Assembly: GCF_009914755.1 (NCBI RefSeq)
Contig: NC_060934.1
Source of the DNA: the human T2T-CHM13v2.0 reference genome, Homo sapiens
Direction: 5' to 3' (one strand)
DNA: 64,000 nt
The position numbers were made by a program, and so were the translations under genes. Under the pieces are notes generated by a model. It was not told where the DNA came from. It saw only the letters and a program-made list of their open reading frames with translations, and did not search any database. Position 1 is the stretch's first letter. Each line of letters starts with the position of its first letter. Shown here piece by piece: positions 1-14,080 of this stretch.

Positions 1-231
1 CCTGAGAGCCACAACCAAGACCCATTGGACCAAGCTTCTGAATTTCACAGAGCTTAATGGGCTTCTGATGGCAGGGGCTAGTCACCCACAAAGAGAGGCC
101 ACAACATACAGAGGCAGGAGGCCTGCACCGGGGCCAGGACCATGCTCTGTGGACAAAATAGATGATTTCAGGCAAATCCCTTACCTGGCTGACTCGGGTC
201 GTCTTCCTTAAAGTAAGAGGCTGCATGCGAT

Positions 232-659
232 CAGGAGTGACAAACTCAAATGCTTTAAAGAGTTAGGCTGGGATCACAGAACTGAATGGGCCATCAGAGC
301 CTATGGTGGCCTGGAAATCACACACCCGGAGGCCAAGGGTGCAGCTGCTACCCAGACCTAGGTGAATGCTGGGCCCCATGCTGCCAGTGTAGAGAAGTTG
401 GGAATCTATACTTTTTTAAATGTTTGGTTTAATTTTAATTTTTTTTGTTTTTAGAGATGGGATCCCACTGTGTTGCCTAGAGTGAAGTGGTGCAATCATA
501 GCTCACTACAGCTTTAGACTCCTGGGCTCAAAGTGATCCTCCCGCCTCAGCCTCCCAAGTTGCTAGGACTAGAAGCATGGGCCGCCACACCAGAAGAAAA
601 CTAGACTTTCATGTGGGCTCTAATTTTTCTGTTGGCATCCAGTTTCTAAAAAACGTAGT

Positions 660-660
<1 letters not shown>
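232..660 (-). mobile_element. MER102-like hAT-Charlie DNA transposon relic, split by an Alu monomer
   Basis: caggagtgacaaactcaaatgc terminus plus gcagctgctacccag, gggccccatgctgccag and gttggcatccagttt segments resemble the reverse complement of recalled MER102. Confidence 0.6.
437..593 (-). mobile_element. Old Alu monomer (FRAM/AluJ-type)
   Basis: T-tract, then gagatggg...gcaatcatagctcactacagc...ctcctgggctcaaagtgatcctcccgcctcagcctcc (AluJ-type diagnostics). Confidence 0.85.
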
Positions 661-951
<291 letters not shown>

Positions 952-984
952 CAAAGAAGTACTTCAAATGTATTATCTCACTAC

Positions 985-1110
985 TCTATGATATGTTGTA
1001 AGATTGGCCCCATTTTTACAAATGAGGAAACTGAGGCTCAGAGACATTAAGTAATTTGCCCAAGGTAACACAGCTAAAAAGGGGCAGAGCCAGGATTGGC
1101 TACTACAAAG
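985..1110 (-). mobile_element. MIR SINE
   Basis: Core cccatttttacaaatgaggaaactgaggctcagaga...ttaagtaatttgcccaaggt. Confidence 0.85.
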
Positions 1111-1142
1111 TCCTTATTCCTTCTCTCCACAACATTTTATTA

Positions 1143-1449
<307 letters not shown>

Positions 1450-1551
1450 AAAGAAAAGAAAAGAGAAGAGAAGAGAAGAGAAGAGAAGAGAAGAGAAGAG
1501 AAGAGAAGAGAAGAGAAAAGAGAAGAGAAGAAAAGAAAAGAGAAGAGAAGA
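1450..1551 (+). repeat. (AAGAG)n pentanucleotide microsatellite grown from the Alu tail
   Basis: 11 perfect AAGAG units at 1461-1515 within a ~110-bp pure purine tract. Confidence 0.97.
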
Positions 1552-1663
1552 TTCCAAACATACAACAGGTTGAAAGGATTTCACAGACAATACCTGTATC
1601 CCATCACCTAGATTATACCATAAACATTAAATTTTACTGTATTGCTCTATCACAAATCTATCC
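1552..1663 (-). mobile_element. Old L1M (L1ME-like) 3' fragment
   Basis: Reverse complement reads tgtgatagagcaatacagtaaaatttaatgtttatggtataatctaggtgatggg, typical of L1ME 3' ends; continues before the Alu at ~1135-1158. Confidence 0.6.
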
Positions 1664-1761
1664 AAAGATTGTCTCCTTTGGTTCCATTTGAAAAGCAACC
1701 TAGAAAGTACGTTAGAGGTGGAGCCCAGATGTTGCCATTTCTGAATTAGAAATAATTTGGC
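1639..1761 (+). repeat. Inverted duplication, left copy (partner 6036-6158)
   Basis: Reverse complement matches 6036-6158 at 118/123 positions with no gaps (manual alignment). Confidence 0.97.
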
Positions 1762-2629
1762 CTCTTCTGAAACCCACTCATCCCATTCCCTTTGTGGCTG
1801 GGGAGTATGGGGGTGGGAAGGGGGCAGGCAGGAAGGAGAGTGTTGATCCAGGAACATCTGCACACATCATCACAACACACATCCCAACCAGCTCTGATTT
1901 CTCCCCTGGCTCAAAGCAGGGAGAGATGGGTATTTGGGAAAAGCTCACCACCCCAAAATATCTCCCTAAACCCTGAAGGCTAAGTCAACCCATGGGCTCT
2001 CTGAAAGTGGCCAGGGGACAGCAGGAGAGGCAGTACTCGGAAAAGGGCAGCGGTACCTATCTTCGGAGCCCTTTCACCTGCTCCAGTGGGATTTTATTCT
2101 CACTCTGTGGCCCTGATACCTCCTGTGTCTTTTAGCTGCATTCGTGGGATGGGAGGGTTGTCAGGGAGGTTTCCCACCTGGGGCCTCTTCGTACACCTCA
2201 AGGGGATACCATGCCCACAGAATGCAATGTGAATGGTCCTCCTGGAGTCCTGCAGAGTGGTGGCAATCTTCAAGTCCATCTGATTCATGCAAAAGTTGTT
2301 CGAGCATAAACAGCAGCTTTCTCCAGTGTCCCACGCACAGTAAAGACCCTGCAAGAGGGCTGCCTATGAAAGGCCTTGGGGCCAGGGCGGGGGCTGGGAG
2401 TGCTGGACTCTCAATTCTGACACCATAGCTTCTCCACCACTTCTTGCTATGTGACCTTAAGAAACCTTCCTATCCTCTCTGGGTCAGAGCTTTACAAATG
2501 ACGCCACACCAAAGGAAAAAAAACAAGCAAATTCTGGCCATCTCCTATGTTCAAGACAGTGGGCCAGATGCTGGGTGGAGGGGAAAGAGGCATACTAAGG
2601 AGCTCAGCAGATACCTCAGAGCCCTGGTC

Positions 2630-2780
2630 TAAGCGCTTTGCACGTTTTTAATACTGACATCAACTCTACAAGGTGGGTGTGACTTTTATCCACATTCTAT
2701 AGGTGAGAAAACTCAGGAGGAGAGAAATTAAAACTTTCCTAAGGCCACAGGGTTAAGTAAGAGGCAGAGCAAGGGTGAAA
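2630..2780 (-). mobile_element. MIR SINE
   Basis: ctaagcgctttgcac...atccacattctataggtgagaaaactcagg...cctaaggccacag. Confidence 0.65.
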
Positions 2781-3133
2781 CATGGGCAACAGTTTCAGAA
2801 GCCTGCACAGGTGACCACCACAAAACGCTGCTTGCTAGAGAAGCCCAAGACCCCCTCTCTGACCTCCAGGAAGACTCGGTCCAGGGGAGGGAGCAAGACA
2901 AAAGTGAAGATTTAAATGCTGATAAAATATTTAAATAATTCTTTGAGATAATAGTGGGAAAGATGCTGCCAGGGAGAACATGATTAATTGTCAAATGAAA
3001 GTGTTCAGACAAAATTGCTCTAACGGTCCAGAAAAGGGGAGGAAAAAAACCCCTCTACCGTGAGCTCATTCTGAGTTGGAGGAAGCCTGGGAGGTTAAAT
3101 GTCACTGGCTTTTGCAGAGTGAGCAGGACTTGA

Positions 3134-3490
<357 letters not shown>

Positions 3491-4834
3491 AAGAATCAAA
3501 ATTCAAAGGGCCAGCTCTCATGTTTGGAAAGGTGAAGGGCCCTGAACGACTGAAGATGGCTCAGGGGTGCAGGAAGGGTGAGCTGAGGCTGGGTCTGAAC
3601 TTTGCCTTATAAGTAATAGGGAGTCATAGAGGAATTTCAGTAGAGTAGAGGAGCATCATGACCCAAATGTCTGCTGATGACACACTGGATACACTAGGGG
3701 TGCAGGGAGAAAATTAATAAATTCCCCAAAGTGTTGGCCAAGGAGTCCTTGGGTCTTGACAGAGGAAAGCAAGAAGTTAAGGTCATGATACTCCTCAGAG
3801 ACTGACCAAAGAAGGAAGAAGGGGGATACTTCAGCTGGAAGTCTTCAGCTGGGTTCCATCCTAAGGACTTTAGAATTTGGCACTCTGCGTCATCAGGGAA
3901 GCAAGTAAATATGATCCAAAGTCCCCCCACCCCCTCGCAGGGTTATATCCAGAGAACAGAATTTTTTAATGCTATTTTTAATCTTTCTGTTGACCAAAAA
4001 CACACTGAGAAGAAATGAAGCATGAACATCAACAAGAGGCTCTACAAACTCTCTCCCCTCTCTTCCCTCCTGTTAACCACTCTGCGACCCTGCAGACTCA
4101 CCATATGGTCCACCAGCTAGATGGCCCCTTCTGATCCTGGAAGGGCTGATCCGCTTAATTATTTGGCAGCTATAAATAGAAGCATTGGACAATAGCCTGA
4201 GATCTTTTTTTTTTCTTCTTTTTTTGGTCTTGCAAACAAAGAGAGGGTCCCTAGTTGGCAGGATTGGAGAGTAGGATTTCACTCCCTCCCTCCAGGCCAT
4301 TGTCTTCCACCTGAGCCACCACAGCCTCAGGGCGGCTTCAGAACTGTCCTGGATGAGCTAGGGACAGCCCTGTCTCAACTGCGCCAGCAAGGAGATGTGC
4401 TGGGGTCACTCACAGTTCTTAGAGTCAGGGTGGGTTTTAGGAAAGAGATCACCCAGGAGACTCGAAAGGTCCGTTTGCTTTAGGCATGTCCTTGCCTATG
4501 GGGCCAAGACCTCACTCTAGCCACCCACAGCTTTTCCTACCTTACCACTCACTGCACCCACATTCAGCCTTCACTCTCACCCCCACCCCATTCCCAGGCG
4601 AGAGCAGCCACCTGGAGGAATGGACTCCTCTGGATCCAGAGCCAGGAGGTGAGCAGAGCAAATGTTCCCAGTGCCTGCAGGAGGAAGCCAGGCACCCAGG
4701 GTTCCCCTTGCCACCTAGACCCCCGCCACCTCCCCATCTAGGATGGGCTTTCTCTACTCCACACATAAGCACTCTCCTGCCCCAGCTCCTAAGCTGTTCT
4801 CCCTACCCCTAATCTTAGCAGGGACCTGGCATGG

Positions 4835-5050
4835 AAGTCAGATGAGCCTGGCTTGGCCTCTTGGGTCTGCTACTTTACTAGTTGTAAGATCATGGGCAAG
4901 AGGTTTCATTGCTCAGTGCCTCAGCTTCCCCACCTGTACAATGGGCACAATAACGATACTGACCTCTAGGGACTGCTTATGAGGACCTATCGAGAGAGCA
5001 GGTAAAGGTTGTCATCTAGAGCCTGGCACACAGCAAGTGCTTGCTAAGGG
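4835..5050 (+). mobile_element. MIR SINE
   Basis: gggcaagagg...tgcctcagcttccccacctgtacaatggg...gagcctggcacacagcaagtgct. Confidence 0.8.
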
Positions 5051-5939
5051 GTGTTACTGGCAGCTTTTCTCTGAGTCCAACTCCCATCACCTATATGCAT
5101 GGGACTCAGCACACATTTGCTAAGTTGTTGGTTTCTCCACGCTCCCCTCCTCCTCCTTCACACCCAAGAGGAATGACCAGGTGGCCACAGGAGTCAGCAT
5201 GTTTGACTTTGGTACCTGGGGCTCCTGACCATCCAGTGTGAATCCAAACGCATTTCCCTGACTGTCTGACACCTGCTGTTTAATCTCCATCACCTTCCCT
5301 CCTCCTACCTGGCTCAGGGTCCCTCACTCCGCATAGGTGGCCAAGGTGTGGGGGAGAGCCCTCCTTCCTAATGCTTGTTTGTTTTTTCGCTCATGTGTTT
5401 GCTCAGAGACAGGATACCATGGTGACACCCACGATCCAGGGTGGCTGGGTACACACACATAGACAGGGAAATCAAGTGAAAGAAAAAGCCCATGGGGGCC
5501 ACCATCATCCCACGAGGGGCCAGACTGGCTCCCAAAAGAGGGGGAAAGGCTGTCCCTCCCAGGGGCCTACATATGTTTTCCCAATGGAAAGCTTTTCTCA
5601 GTGGTCCCGGCAGGCTTCCAGGACACTCCTGCAGGCCAGGGACTGGTTTCTGTTTGTCTAGAAGCCCTGCATTCATGGTCTAGCATAGCCACCAACCTCC
5701 TTGAGATCCATCACTATCCCCCCATCATGGGCATCTGCAGAGCATTCATGGGTTGTGGTCATGACTTGGAAAATTATTCTTAGGCTGGGAGTATGGCTGG
5801 ACTAGGCTTCACAGAGAACACGGAGGGCAGGGTGAGACGCTGCCAGTTGGAGAGAATGGCAGCCCCTCATGAAGTTCAGAGACCCCAGCACACGAGGAAT
5901 CTACCCTGCCTGGCACTGCATTGGCTCTCGTGGAACATG

Positions 5940-6100
5940 GAGGGAGTGGGCTTTGGAATCAGAGGCCAGGGATCAATTCCTAGCTGTGCCACTTCCTAGC
6001 TAGGTCAACTGTGCTGTTTCCTTTAACCTTTCTGAGCCAAATTATTTCTAATTCAGAAATGGCAACATCTGAGCTCCACCTCTAAAGTGCTTTCTAGGTT
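5940..6100 (+). mobile_element. MIR SINE running into the right duplication copy
   Basis: gggctttggaatcaga...tcctagctgtgccacttcctagc...tttaacctttctgagcc. Confidence 0.7.
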
Positions 6101-6158
6101 GCTTTTCAAATGGAACCAAAGGAGACAATCTTTGGATAGATTTGTGATAAAGAAATAC
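6036..6158 (-). repeat. Inverted duplication, right copy (partner 1639-1761)
   Basis: 118/123 identity to the reverse complement of 1639-1761. Confidence 0.97.
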
Positions 6159-6189
6159 TGAATGCTAAAATGAAAATAAAAATATCTTC

Positions 6190-6433
6190 TGCAGAAATAA
6201 GACCTAGAGTTTGATAGATCAGTAGGGTGACTATAGTTTAGAAAATATTATATATTTCAAAGTAGCTAGAAGAGAATAATTCAAAGGTTTCTAGCATAAA
6301 GACAAATATTTAATATGATAGATATCCCAATAACCCTGATTTGACCTTTACAAATTATATGACTATATTAAATATCACATGTACATATGTACATTTATTA
6401 TTTATCAGTAAAAATAAAATTAAAATTATAAAA
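6190..6433 (+). mobile_element. L1MA-type 3' end fragment
   Basis: cagtagggtgactatagtt...tatttcaaagtagctagaagaga...accctgatttgacc...aaatatcacatgtac, with A-rich end. Confidence 0.8.
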
Positions 6434-7699
6434 GGGAGAGAGACTTCCTGCATATGAAATAGAGATTACAAATCCTTTCTAAGTACACATGGGATACTGA
6501 CCTGTATGCTAAGTCATTAAAAAAAGAAATCCTTCTGCAAAGGACCGTTTTGAGACTATGAGGCTCTAATTTAGAAAGGTGACAAGCACATTGCAGGACC
6601 TTACTTAATAGGGCTGGGGCTTGCCAGCATACAAAATTACTGCAGTGACTTGTTCAGACTCCTGCACTGGGAAAAGACTTAGTCCAGAGACTTACCCAAT
6701 GTTTTGCCATAGTAAATTCTCCAAGGATGAAGAAAGGAGGAGGAGAGAAAGAGAACTTTTCTCTGTCTTCTTCAAAAGCTGTAGCAGCCAGATGAAGTAC
6801 GGTGTAGGTGGCCAAGCAGCCAGATCCCTAAATAGCAACTAATGACTTTGATTGAAATTAATAATGAAACGACACCTGTTAGCTCACTTGTAGCCACTTT
6901 AGTTTGTCACATGGCAATTATATTCACTATCCTATCAGCTGGTCCATGAGCTGTAAAATGCTATAATGCCATGCCATATGCCTCTCTTGTCTCCCATGTT
7001 GAGACGGGGGCTGTCCTCAGGGTGGTTATCAATTCCAGGCCTCCTAACCACTCTGGAGATTGTCCTGGGAACTTCCCCGGCATTCAAAAAGACTTGAGGA
7101 CCACCAGCCCCAGTGAACCTGCTGAGTCCCAGGGAGCAGCTGGGCAGCCTCTTTGAAGGTGGATTCCCCCACCGAGCAAGAGGAAAAACACACCCAAGAG
7201 TTACCGAGTCCCTTCTGTGGTTGGGTCCTTGAAAAGCCTTGTTGGGTGATAGAGGGAATTCTCCACTTGAGCAGTGAACAACAGTGTCACCATCCACATT
7301 ATCTCCCCAGACAGAGGCAGGACATAAAGAACTAAACAGGCCCCCAGCAGGCCATGAGATTTGGTTTCTATAGCAACCCAACTGAGGTTGCATGAGTGCC
7401 TATGAGATAGATGCCCAAGGCTCACCCCAGACAGGGCCAGAATTCCAGAATCCCAACGGCAAGGACCACCCAGCAGCGTTTAGAGATGGAAAGCAAGGTT
7501 TGTTCATGTTCAGAAAAACCCAGGGAAGCCACAGGAAAAAAATGGGGCTAGGATCCCCACTTTCTATAAGGCAAGCTCCAAGACTATCTGGCAGCCCAAA
7601 GCTGGCATGCAGAGCTGAGGCAGGCCCCACAGGTGAGCTGAGCCACGCTGGGGATTTTAACAGAAAATAATCCTCCATCCACCTCTGCATCGTCCATAT

Positions 7700-7732
7700 T
7701 CTCTCTCTCTCTCTCTCACACGCACATACACA

Positions 7733-7764
<32 letters not shown>
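7700..7764 (+). repeat. (TC)n(CA)n compound microsatellite
   Basis: Seen directly. Confidence 0.95.
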
Positions 7765-7767
<3 letters not shown>

Positions 7768-9224
7768 GAAAAATAAAAAAAATCTTGCAATTATTCAAAA
7801 GAAACTATGGTTGATTTGTTGATCAGAAAAATATCAATGAATGACCAATTGCAACAAGGTCCAAGGTCCTTTAATGAAAGTTTCTAATTAACCCTACCTT
7901 TGAACACTTCTATTACTCTATCTGTAGAGTAATTGTTATTTTAGCGATGCAATGTTTCCTAATAAGACCAAGCATTGGGAGAAAGGGAGGAAGGGAGGGA
8001 CCTGAAACCCAAACCCAGCCCCAGGTACAAGCTAGCACAATTAGCAGCCAGTGTACTGGCTTCTCGAATGCTGATATGGAATAGCTCAGGAAACTCAATC
8101 CCACCAGGGACCTGCTTACTGTCCACAGATGTCATCACAGTCATCGGTCAAGCTGAGAGAGGCTAGCGCAAACAGGCGATGGGGCCGCTCTATCTCTCCT
8201 CCTCCATCAAATCACAAAATGCCATGACAACACCCAAGCCAGGGCCTCTGAGGACACATGAAAGGAAATCCAACTTCATGCAACAGGGACTCAAGGTATG
8301 GCCCTTTTCGGCCAAAAGGCAGTGTGGGCTGGAGAGAGAGATAAACACAAGAGGCTGGAAACACAGACAGGGTGAGTGGGAAAGCTTAGAAGGCACTTAG
8401 CAGGTAAGGCTGGCATCGGGAGGGAGCTGGCTGGACCCTAATCCCTGAAACCTCTCTCCCTGAAACCTCTCTTCAAAGAGATCTACACTTTCTAAATCCT
8501 GCCTCCATGAGATGAAACTTCTGTTCGGTGTCCCACTCTTACAGCCCCTGATTCCCCCAGGGCCTAGCTAAGGAGGCCCTTGGACCACCAGTGAAACTAA
8601 ACAGAGTCACTGCCTATGAAGTCCCTTCAGTCTGGAGCTGTCTGAGGAAACAGATAAGCCATCCAGGCCAAAGACCAGCCTTTCACCATCTGAGGGGCTA
8701 TTAGATGCCCAGCAAATATGGGTTGCCTAGCTGGTAGCTTCTGGCCCAGATGCCAGTCCAAGAGCTAGAGTGGCCTCTCCAAGCTTGGGAGTTAGGGAAG
8801 CTGTACCCAGATCCTTGGCACCCACCCCAAAAGAGCCCATGAAGAGAAATGAATGAAAGGGCCCAGGGAGATTCTCAAGGCCCCGGTCAGCCGCCCTAGA
8901 AGTCACCTCAATCTTAGTCAAGGATGAGCTGAGCCTTGAAAATCCATACTCTGTGCAAGAAGATGCAGATAATCTGCCCAGTTGCCCAAGGCAATAACTT
9001 GGAGGACAACCAACAAAGGCCAATGGGGGTCACTTGGGAAGACACATCCCTAAGTTGACCTGACTTCCTTAGAGTGGGCAGGAAAGACAGGCTTCAGAAG
9101 ATAGCTAGAAAGTAACACCAGAGAAGGTCACCCTAGAGGTGGCCCCTGGCCATTTCTCAAGGTGACAGCCTCTCTGCCCAGGCGTCCACACTGCAATGTT
9201 TTCCATATTGGCACTTCCTTACAA

Positions 9225-9360
9225 AGTCCTCTCTTTCTACCTCCATACCTTTGTTCACACTGTTTTGCTTAGCTGGCAAGTTCTTCCTGCTCCTCTCTGC
9301 CTACCAAAGCCCCACTTGCCCTTCAGGGTCAGGTCAAACTCAAGCTCCTCATCAAGCTCT
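9225..9360 (+). mobile_element. L2 fragment
   Basis: ctccatacctttgttcacactgtt...cttcagggtcaggtcaaactcaagctcctc. Confidence 0.5.
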
Positions 9361-10789
9361 GCATGCCATGGAGATGTGCTGCCCCCAACCTCACCTCGAA
9401 GAAGGACTTGAGGCCCAGCTTCAGGGAGACGGCTTTGCAAACAGCCCCCAGCTGTCGGTTCCTTCAGGCTCAGCCTCAGCTACAGCTTCAGCCAAGGTCA
9501 CCCTTCCTGGGACAGCCTGCATCTGGTGACAGAGTGAGGTGGGGTACAGAAGCACAGCAATTTGGGCCCAAAGGGATCATCTCTGTTGGATAAATCCACT
9601 CCAGAGTTGTCTGCTGGGTTGGCCGAGGTTTTGTGGAAGCTGCATCAGCTCTCGACTTGTCCCTCTTGTCACTCTGGCCTCTGCCTCTCCCTTCTCAGAG
9701 GTGGATTCCTAATAAACATCATGAGCTCAAACTGGTCTCCACCAGTACCCATCTCCCACCAGAAATTCAATCAATGGTCATTATTATTATAGCCCATGTT
9801 TCTGCCACAAAAGGTGCTCAATAAACCTTTGATAAACACATGAGATAATTTAGCATTTCTACTTGCTGACGGAGCTCTTGCAGAGCCTGCCACTCTTTCA
9901 GGCACACTCACAGCAGCTGCTGATCAGGTAGACCAAATGACATGAGGCCAATGAAATAAATATGCCATCACAAGAGCATGGCTTCCTCTGGCTCCCTAGG
10001 AATCACACAGCATGCTGGCTCCTGAAGAACACACAAGGAGATGCCTCACCTGAGAGGTTTTGGATCCTGGGATCAAGAACAGGGGCTCATTGGTACCTCT
10101 GTGTCCATCCTAAATGATGGCTCACTTAAGAAGTGATGGAAGGTCAGCTTTAGTGACACCTTCTCATCAGCAATGCTGCTACTAGGTGCCAACAGCATCT
10201 CTCACCACGGCACTTTAATCAGGATGGCATGACACCACTGTAAATATTAAAAAGGTTATAATTAGAGACGCAGTTAAAACAACCGAGGGCTTAGTGTTAC
10301 TAAAGATATTTGCAGAATCTGGTGCAATATAAATAGCAGGGTTTACGGTGTCATGCCTAAAATTTTGAGCAGGCTGATGTTCCAAGGGGATGTTCAGTGA
10401 ATGCCCATCCAAGCTGGGATTTCTCTCAACTGATTGTTTTCTCTCCAGTGTCAGAGTTCTCAGAAATAGATATCCAGAGTGTGCCCATTCTCATAAAGGG
10501 GTGAAAAGACCTTGCTACTCAAAAAGTAGGACAACCTTGCACCAGGACACCCGTTGAAGCTCGGTGGGGCAGCTGCAGCCCCTCAAGCTGCTAGAAACAC
10601 TGTCTCCTGCATGGAGAGGTCACAGCCTTGTGATTCCATCGGCTCCAAATTTAAAGCAATCTTGCAGAAAAGGGCCAACATTTATCAGAATGAGGAAATT
10701 GTTTTCTAGGGTGATATCAACTGGAGTCTGCTGGGTACACATGACACAGAGAACAGGCAATCAACCTACCAACAAAGACGATAATTGTC

Positions 10790-10960
10790 ACAGTGCCTGC
10801 CACCGGCCAGGCCTCTGCACACATTCACTTTTTCCTCACCACAATCTTACAAGGCTATTGTTGACATAGTCACTTTACATATGAGACAATCAAGACTCGC
10901 AACATCATAAAACTGATCAGCAGCGACATCTAAATTTGAATTCAGGTCTGTCCAATTCCA
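10790..10960 (-). mobile_element. MIR SINE
   Basis: gccaggcctctgc...tcctcaccacaatcttacaagg...cactttacatatgag...atttgaattcaggtctgt. Confidence 0.6.
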
Positions 10961-11175
10961 GGGTTCTTTCAGATGTGAGAAGGGAGGTTCAGAAAGGGCC
11001 CCTTTTTCTTCTCCCTCCGTGTACTTCTGTATTATTTGAAATTTTTATCAATAGTATATTTTCTTGTATTACTTTTTAAATCTTCAAATCATCAAAAAGA
11101 ATTTATGGGCAAGAGAAATGGTCCTATTTCTGTTGAAAATGTATCTTAATTTGATGTAACAAAATACTACTAACA

Positions 11176-12308
<1,133 letters not shown>

Positions 12309-12309
12309 T

Positions 12310-12720
<411 letters not shown>

Positions 12721-13150
12721 ATTTATTTTTTAAACTAAGTATATTTTAAAGCTTTACATATATTATGTATATTAACCAATATACATATTAACATTTATAT
12801 ATATTAACCAATCTAAGTTTTCAGAATAACATTTCATTATATAATAATAAAATACACCCAAATGTGATTTCTGCATTGCAGAATTACAGACATTGCTTTC
12901 TCTTTATAATTTTTCTGTATTTGCCAAGTTTTCTCCCATAAAAGCATAATTTTATTATCATAAAAAGCCTCCTTTTCAAAACTTTAAGGTATCTCACTAG
13001 TAAGAGGATATACTTTCTCTAATAAGAGTTTGGGTTTCACCACCAGTCATGTCCAGCCTCAGACCCACCCAAAGAGTCATACTATCATGAGTACAGGGGA
13101 TAGAAGGGCCCCATGAGACTCATTCCAGGAGGTTACCAAAGTAGTAGACC

Positions 13151-13510
13151 TGAAATGGTTTGGCTCTGTGTCCCCACTCAAATCTCCTCTTGAATTGTAA
13201 TAATTCCCATGTGTTGTAGGAGGGACCCAGTCAGGGGTAACAGAATGATGGGGGCATGTTTTTCCCATACTGTTCTCATTATAGTGAATAGGTCTCATGA
13301 GATCTGACGGTTTTATTAAGGGGAGTTCCCCTGCACATGCCTTCTTACCTGCTGCCATGTAAGATGTGACTTTGCTCCTCATTTACCTTCTGCCATGATT
13401 GTGAGGCTTCCCCAGCCATGTGGAACTGTGAGTCCATTAAACCTCTTTCCTTTGGAAACTACCCAGTCTCAGGTATGTCTTTACTAGCAGCATGAGAACA
13501 GAATAATACA
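13151..13510 (+). mobile_element. THE1 (THE1B-like) MaLR solo LTR
   Basis: tgaaatggtttggctctgtgtcccc...ccagccatgtggaactgtgagtccattaaacctc...taataca; near-TSD agacc/agaca. Confidence 0.92.
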
Positions 13511-13739
13511 AGACACAAGCCCTACTGGCTTAGCCTAGAGCCTCAGCTGAAGCCACAGCCCTCAGCCCTGGACCCCTGAGATACAAGAGGAGCCTGACCA
13601 GTGACATCCCGGAATTAAACAGGGGGAGAATCTTCCTCTTATTGTCATCCTGAGCAATACACTAGACAAAGGCCATCGGGCAGATAAAAAGAGGAACCCT
13701 GTGCCCCTGAAGTTGATCTGACCACCAGCGAGAGGTCAC

Positions 13740-14080
13740 ATCTGCTATGTGCAATGCCCTGCAGGGGTCACAAAGATGACTTCAACCTCGACCCTGTCTT
13801 CAAAGGAGAGTCCAGTCCAGGCGAGTAGGTGAGAAGGCATGTACCAACTCAAATCCCAGGTAGAAAGTGACCAGAGCCCGAACTACAGAGGTATGAATAC
13901 AGGGCAATTGAAGTTCAGAGGACGAAAGCTCGCTTCCAGCCTAGGGTGCAAGGACAGCTTCCAAAGGAGGTGATTCACAAACTGAGTTTGAAGTCTAGGT
14001 GTATTCAAATACAGGCCAAGTGTGCCCCTGCCCAGGAGTAGGCAGTCTATGCAACATGTGAACCACATGTTCAAGCACCT
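13740..14080 (-). mobile_element. L2 fragment
   Basis: ccctgtcttcaaaggagagtccagtccag...agcttccaaaggaggtga...tgagtttgaag. Confidence 0.5.

Noticed and set aside
6379-6394. Perfect 16-bp palindrome atgtacatatgtacat
   Set aside because: Lies in the L1MA 3' end and follows from a small deletion in the consensus; AT-rich and low in information.
8443-8472. Short tandem duplications: ccctgaaacctctct x2; also cctactgtaggagcc at 53307/53331 and ccaggc(a/g)aacaaaagga at ~59357-59391
   Set aside because: Ordinary two-copy slippage duplications with no spacer structure; not CRISPR-like.
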